A stretch of 34,711 nt of DNA from Chrysochromulina tobinii (Eukaryota). The notes below the pieces were generated by a model, which made no database searches, was not told the origin of the DNA, and saw nothing but the letters and a program-made list of their open reading frames with translations. How positions within the stretch are numbered: the first letter of the stretch is position 1; each line of letters opens with the position of its first letter. The stretch covers positions 1-34,711 of the forward strand of contig JWZX01003209.1 in assembly GCA_001275005.1 (NCBI GenBank), given 5' to 3'. Position numbers and translations under genes: made by a program. Positions 30,500 to 34,711 of the stretch are shown piece after piece.

Positions 30500-31321
30500 T
30501 TACCAGCGGGCGTCGCCGCCGAGGACAACATCACCACCGAGGATGGCGCCCGAGCCCATCTCCTGGTTGATCGAGCCGGGCACGACGCCCGCGGTCATCG
30601 GGAACTCGACAGGCGCGGTGTTGACGATGCGGACGACGTTGCCCGCACCCGGCGTCTCGAGCACGCAGAAGAAGGGCCGGTCGAGGCCGTCCTCGGTGTA
30701 GAGCTCGATGACCTGCTTGTTGTTGTTCGGGCCCTGAAGCAGCTCGATGCGCGCGTTGAGCGGGCGGCCGTCGGTCTTGAGCAGGATCTGCACGCTGTCG
30801 ACGGTCGGGTCGAACGGGTACGTGCGGAGCGCGCCACCCTGGATGGTCGCGGACGCCTGGATGCAGTCGGGCGACGGGCTGTCGACCTGATCGGCGATCA
30901 CGTTCGCGGCGATGGGGAACTCGATCTGACCGATGTTGCGGATGGCCACGGTGTTCGGGCCGCGCGGGGTCTCGATCACCGCGGAGAAGGGGCGGAGCTG
31001 GCCGTTCTCGACGTACACGCGCATCTTGCAAGGCGTGTTGTCGGGGCCGTGCCAGAGCTCGATGTCGGCATCGAGCGGACGGCCATCAGTGCTGAGGACG
31101 ACCTGAACCTGCTCGACGGCGGGCGAGCGGTACGACCAGGTGCGCAGCGAGCCACCCTGCACGAGGATCGCCTTGTCAGAGGACATCGGGCCGCGCGTGG
31201 GGACCACGCCGCCGGTGTAGCTCGTGGCGGCGCCGCGGGCGGCACCGACGGGGGCACCCATCTGCATGACGGGCGAGGAGAGGCGCATAGCCAGGACGGC
31301 GGACGAGGTGAGGGCGAGCAT
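30500..31321 (-). CDS. PyShell: Pyrenoid shell protein (PyShell/Shell family), plastid-targeted, two internal beta-domain repeats
   Basis: Two repeats QGG(S/A)LRT(W/Y)..V..VQ..L.TDGRPL.A.IEL..GP.N.....Y.E.G..RPF..V.ETP...N.V...N....EFP, recalled as closely matching diatom PyShell1. The N-terminus MLALTSSAVLAMRLSSPVMQM looks like a signal plus transit peptide. ATG at 31321. Confidence 0.85.
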   Translation of the reverse strand: MLALTSSAVLAMRLSSPVMQMGAPVGAARGAATSYTGGVVPTRGPMSSDKAILVQGGSLRTWSYRSPAVEQVQVVLSTDGRPLDADIELWHGPDNTPCKMRVYVENGQLRPFSAVIETPRGPNTVAIRNIGQIEFPIAANVIADQVDSPSPDCIQASATIQGGALRTYPFDPTVDSVQILLKTDGRPLNARIELLQGPNNNKQVIELYTEDGLDRPFFCVLETPGAGNVVRIVNTAPVEFPMTAGVVPGSINQEMGSGAILGGDVVLGGDARW

Positions 31322-31502
31322 TGCGGGAATAGGAGAGGCTCCGGTGGAAGCTGCGGAATGCTTCGATTGCTTCGATGGTAACAATCGAAGCGCGGCCGAA
31401 GATCTCAGAGTTTGAGAACCCGGTCGCGGTTCGCCGCGAACTTTCAGTCTGTCGCAGCCACGATTAATTTTATCTGTGTTCCCTCATCAGAGTCAGCCTG
31501 CC

Positions 31503-31547
31503 GCAAGCAAGCAAGCAAGCAAGCAAATTCGAACTTTGCTTGCTTGC
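31503..31547. repeat. (GCAA)6 microsatellite followed by inverted (TTGC)3, forming a 13-bp stem-loop
   Basis: gcaagcaagcaaa-ttcgaac-tttgcttgcttgc (stem 31515-31527 / 31535-31547). Confidence 0.85.
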
Positions 31548-31781
31548 CTGCCGCGGTCTTGCTCTTGGGGACTTGGCCACAGAGGTCACGGAGCGCGGTG
31601 GCTGCGCGCGTCGGGTCCCGGACCCGGTGCGCGGGCGGCAACCTGCGCGAGTACGTGAAAAAAGCGCGGTGACTTTCCGGTTCTAGGGCAGGGCAACAGG
31701 TTAGATGCTACAAAATGCGAAATGGTCACACACTGCCGCAAAGATACGTTACTGCAGAGTGCAGTACGGTTTGTCGTTTCC

Positions 31782-31924
31782 TGCGTTTACGCGGTCGGGG
31801 GTGCGTATACGCAGAAACCTGTGTATACGCAAGGGGGTACGTATACGCACCCGCTGTGTTTACGCACTACCGCTCGCGTAAACGCACCTACCCGCGTATA
31901 CGCACCCGACGCTGCGTTTACGCG
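31782..31924. repeat. Array of 8 quasi-palindromic 12-mers (consensus tGCGTATACGCa) with 5-8 nt variable spacers
   Basis: Copies start at 31782, 31802, 31820, 31838, 31855, 31875, 31893 and 31913. Confidence 0.9.
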
Positions 31925-32090
31925 GGGACGCGACGAACGTCATGCTGGAAGTCCGAGCTCCGATAGGCCTCGTGATGGCGGCCCGCGCGCGCGCTCTGAC
32001 ACAGCGGACAGCGCACGCAACGCGCACCAAACTCTGTCCATGAGAATCATCGATGGCGATTTCACATGAGAGAAGCCACCATCTGTTCAT

Positions 32091-33029
32091 CTACTTATCT
32101 TCAGCTCGAATCACGACCGCCAGCGCGAGCAGCAGTAGGGCTATCATGAGCTCACGCATGCCTAGCCGTGGCACGACGGGCTCATCCTTGGCCTTGGCGA
32201 CGATGGGCTCTTCAGGCACCTCAAGCGTGCGGCATCGTGCGGCGTCGAGAACAATGCTGGTGGTCGCCTTGGCGAGCTCCTTGTGGTCGATGGGCTCGGA
32301 GGACTTCGCGGAGGACTTGAGGACGGGCTCATCCTCGGCCTTGGCGACGATGGGCTCTTCAGGCACCTCAAGCGTGCGGCATCGTGCGGCGTCGAGAACA
32401 TTGCTGGCGGTCGCCTTGGCGAGCTCCTTGTAGTCGATGGGCTCGGAGGACTTCGCGGAGGACTTGAGAATGGGCTCATCCTCGGCCATGGCGACGAGGG
32501 GCAACTTGGCAGGCTCCTCTACAACCACGGCGAAGGCGGCGTCGTTGACCGTGGTCTCGACGGCGGCCGTCTTGGCGGACGAGGAACCCTCGATGAGCTT
32601 GGGTGATACGTCTTCGGCTACGGCGTCGCTGATGCGGGCCTCGGCCGATATGGCGTGCTGCTCGAGGACCTTGCTGGTCATCGCATTGGCGAGCTCGTAG
32701 GCGATGGGCTCAGAGGACTTGACAGAGGACTTGAGGACGGGCTCATCCTCGGCCATGGCGACCATGGTGCTCGGTGTTGACTCCAGATCTGCGTCGATCG
32801 TGTACGGCGGCGATAGTACCTGCCCCCCGCTATAGGTGAACGCGAACTCCACCTCCTGACCCTTCTTTGCGCCCTTGGGTGGAGTGAAGGTCATTTTATG
32901 CCCGTCCACCATCATGGGAAATTCCTTGCCATCTTCCGCCGGCAGCGCGATCATGCAATAGCGCACCGCCTCCTTAACGGCTGGGTCATGCTCAGTCACC
33001 TTCTTGTCGCTTGGCGTGGTGGCGAACAT
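32091..33029 (-). CDS. Hypothetical tail-anchored protein with 49-aa repeats
   Basis: 312-aa ORF with GC3-rich codon usage. Small N-terminal beta module (FTPPKGAKKGQEVEF), repeats AEDEPVLKSS.KSSEPI...ELA.A....VL, and C-terminal TM LMIALLLLALAVVI followed by RAEDK. Confidence 0.7.
   Translation of the reverse strand: MFATTPSDKKVTEHDPAVKEAVRYCMIALPAEDGKEFPMMVDGHKMTFTPPKGAKKGQEVEFAFTYSGGQVLSPPYTIDADLESTPSTMVAMAEDEPVLKSSVKSSEPIAYELANAMTSKVLEQHAISAEARISDAVAEDVSPKLIEGSSSAKTAAVETTVNDAAFAVVVEEPAKLPLVAMAEDEPILKSSAKSSEPIDYKELAKATASNVLDAARCRTLEVPEEPIVAKAEDEPVLKSSAKSSEPIDHKELAKATTSIVLDAARCRTLEVPEEPIVAKAKDEPVVPRLGMRELMIALLLLALAVVIRAEDK
32175..32497 (-). repeat. 147-nt coding tandem repeat (~2.2 copies) plus a dispersed partial copy at ~32685-32762
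   Basis: gggctcatcc recurs at 32178, 32325 and 32472 (period 147), and again at ~32739. Confidence 0.9.
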
Positions 33030-33958
33030 TGGAATGAGGAATCAGGGTTGCAGACGCACCGCACAGTTGCAGCGTGAATCTCCTTTGTGTTTGTGAAAAG
33101 GCTGCTTTCCTACACTCTGCAACCGCAGCGCGAGAACTACGATCGTTGATCTGGTACATACACAGTATGCTGTCACTACCTATAAAGATACAGTAATAAA
33201 TAGCCATCCTTCGGAATCCTTCGCCTGTGCGGTGAGCTCATCTTCGAGCGCTGGAGGACGGATTTCGTGTGAACTCCTCTCGACGCTACTCGACGCGACC
33301 CTACCGCCTACGATCCCTCGATCCCTCGGTGCCGGGCGCGCAACAAAATTATTCGAACACTATACATGTACACTTGGACTTGCGGGGGAGGCCATAAAGT
33401 ACGCAGCGGTAGTAATACGGTAGTTGTAACGTTTTGAGTAGATCCACACGTACCCCGCGGTTATGCGTTATAGATTTCTCCACTGAGACGTATACTGATC
33501 TCCTCTGAGACGTGCACTGGCGCCGACTGCGCACACGCACGACGAAAAGGACCTCCATTGAGAGCGGGCGGGGTCGCTGTCGTCCTGCGACGGCGACCAG
33601 GGTCGGGGACAACGGGGAGCTGTGGCCCCGCTCTGATACTTGCCCGGGAAAGGCAACTGGACGAACATGACCAGACCATACGATGACCGGTTACAGACAC
33701 CCACCACCATTCACTCATGAACATGGTTGTTTCTACGATAGTGATACTCGTCGAGGCACGGCACTTCCAAGGGCACTTCTCAAGGAGAGCAGGAGATGGA
33801 AGGACCAGAAGAGGACCCGCGATTCAACCCGCGATATTCATGACGAATCGCAGCACCGTGTGCGCCCTGGACCGCGGTGCGAGATGAAGCACCCGCCGGG
33901 AGCGCCCGCCATGTGTGTGTGCGGGCTCCGTCAGGCTGACGGCTCCTTGACGCGCAGC

Positions 33959-34711
33959 TCACTTGCCGAACGGAACCGACGAGTGGTGCAGGTAGATGCG
34001 CACCTTGCCGTCGTCGTTGCGCTTGTACCCGAACGTGTACTCGACACGAACCTTGTCGCCCGACGTCGCGTCCGTGAACACATAGTCGCCCATCGCCTGG
34101 GCAGTCGGGCCGTTCAGATCAATCTTGTGGTTGCGGAAGACGACGTTCGACCAGCCGCGGCCGCCGTTGATGGCGAAGCCACCATCCTCGCCGACGAAGT
34201 CATCAGCACCCATCGCCTCCGCGCCGACGAAGTAGGACATCGCGTCCGCGGCCGTCGGACGGAACGGATGCTTGGTTGCCCTGGTCGGCTTGAACATGAC
34301 ATCGCACTTGCCGTATCCATAGAGCTTGCCGGCCGCCTCGGCCGCGGCCGCAACGTAGTCGCCCTTGTCCTTGTAGACCTTCGAGATCGACGCGATCGAG
34401 TCGGCCCAGGCCTTCTGCGCCGCCAGAACCTCCTGCTCGGTCACCGGCGCCGGGCCCGCGTCCTTGAACGGTACCGACGAGTGGTGCAGGTAGATGCGCA
34501 CCTTGCCGTCGTCGTTGCGCTTGTACCCGAACGTGTACTCGACACGAGCCTCGCTCCCGTCGGTGGCATCCGTGAACACATAGTCGCCCATTGCAAGAGC
34601 AACATCACCATAGCATTTGACCATGTGGTTGCGGAAGACGACGTTCGACCAGCCGCGGCCGCCGTTGATGGCGAAGCCACCATCCTCGCCGACGAAGTCA
34701 TCAGCACCCAT
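33959..34711 (-). CDS. COG4337-type (iota-related, HHSS-motif) carbonic anhydrase with tandem domains; 5'-truncated by the window edge
   Basis: Motifs EV.AAQ.AW...I..IS, YGY...V.FKPT.A....FRPT...A.SYFVG, ED.GFAI...GW..V.F.N, AMG.Y.FT and VEYTFGYKR..DG..RI.LHHSSVP. The domain repeats with a 498-nt (166 aa) period. Confidence 0.85.
   Translation of the reverse strand: MGADDFVGEDGGFAINGGRGWSNVVFRNHMVKCYGDVALAMGDYVFTDATDGSEARVEYTFGYKRNDDGKVRIYLHHSSVPFKDAGPAPVTEQEVLAAQKAWADSIASISKVYKDKGDYVAAAAEAAGKLYGYGKCDVMFKPTRATKHPFRPTAADAMSYFVGAEAMGADDFVGEDGGFAINGGRGWSNVVFRNHKIDLNGPTAQAMGDYVFTDATSGDKVRVEYTFGYKRNDDGKVRIYLHHSSVPFGK

Noticed and set aside
31782..31924. CRISPR array (palindromic repeats with unique spacers)
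   Set aside because: The repeats are only 12 nt and the spacers 5-8 nt, there are no cas genes, and the context is eukaryotic.
34709..34711. ATG at the window end as the CA start codon
   Set aside because: It corresponds to the internal Met of AEAMGADD in the repeat, so the gene continues beyond the window.

Overview
Gene-dense, high-GC eukaryotic genomic DNA with short GT-AG introns. It most likely comes from a photosynthetic alga with a secondary red plastid. A haptophyte is my best inference, from the PyShell, RETICULATA-like and COG4337 genes and the bipartite-looking presequences. I support about 15 protein-coding genes: an atypical membrane-anchored P-loop GTPase, an Orai-like 4-TM channel, aspartoacylase, an SRCR/lectin-like surface protein, a DSP-like pseudophosphatase, a ~2170-aa multi-pass-membrane phospholipase C, a SAM methyltransferase, a RETICULATA/DUF3411 protein, a type II pantothenate kinase, PP2A B''gamma, an NHL/F-box protein, an amino-acid transporter, a pyrenoid shell (PyShell) protein, a tail-anchored repeat protein and a 5'-truncated multi-domain COG4337 carbonic anhydrase. 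The most notable observations are: (1) a PI-PLC fused to an ~8-TM domain and carrying two recently duplicated CRIB-like modules; (2) a co-oriented PyShell / repeat protein / COG4337-CA neighbourhood, with an array of eight palindromic 12-mers upstream of PyShell, which may be a CO2-concentrating-mechanism locus; (3) an Orai-like channel retaining the selectivity glutamate. All family calls come from motif recognition by eye, not from database searches. I found no rRNA, tRNA, CRISPR array or transposase.
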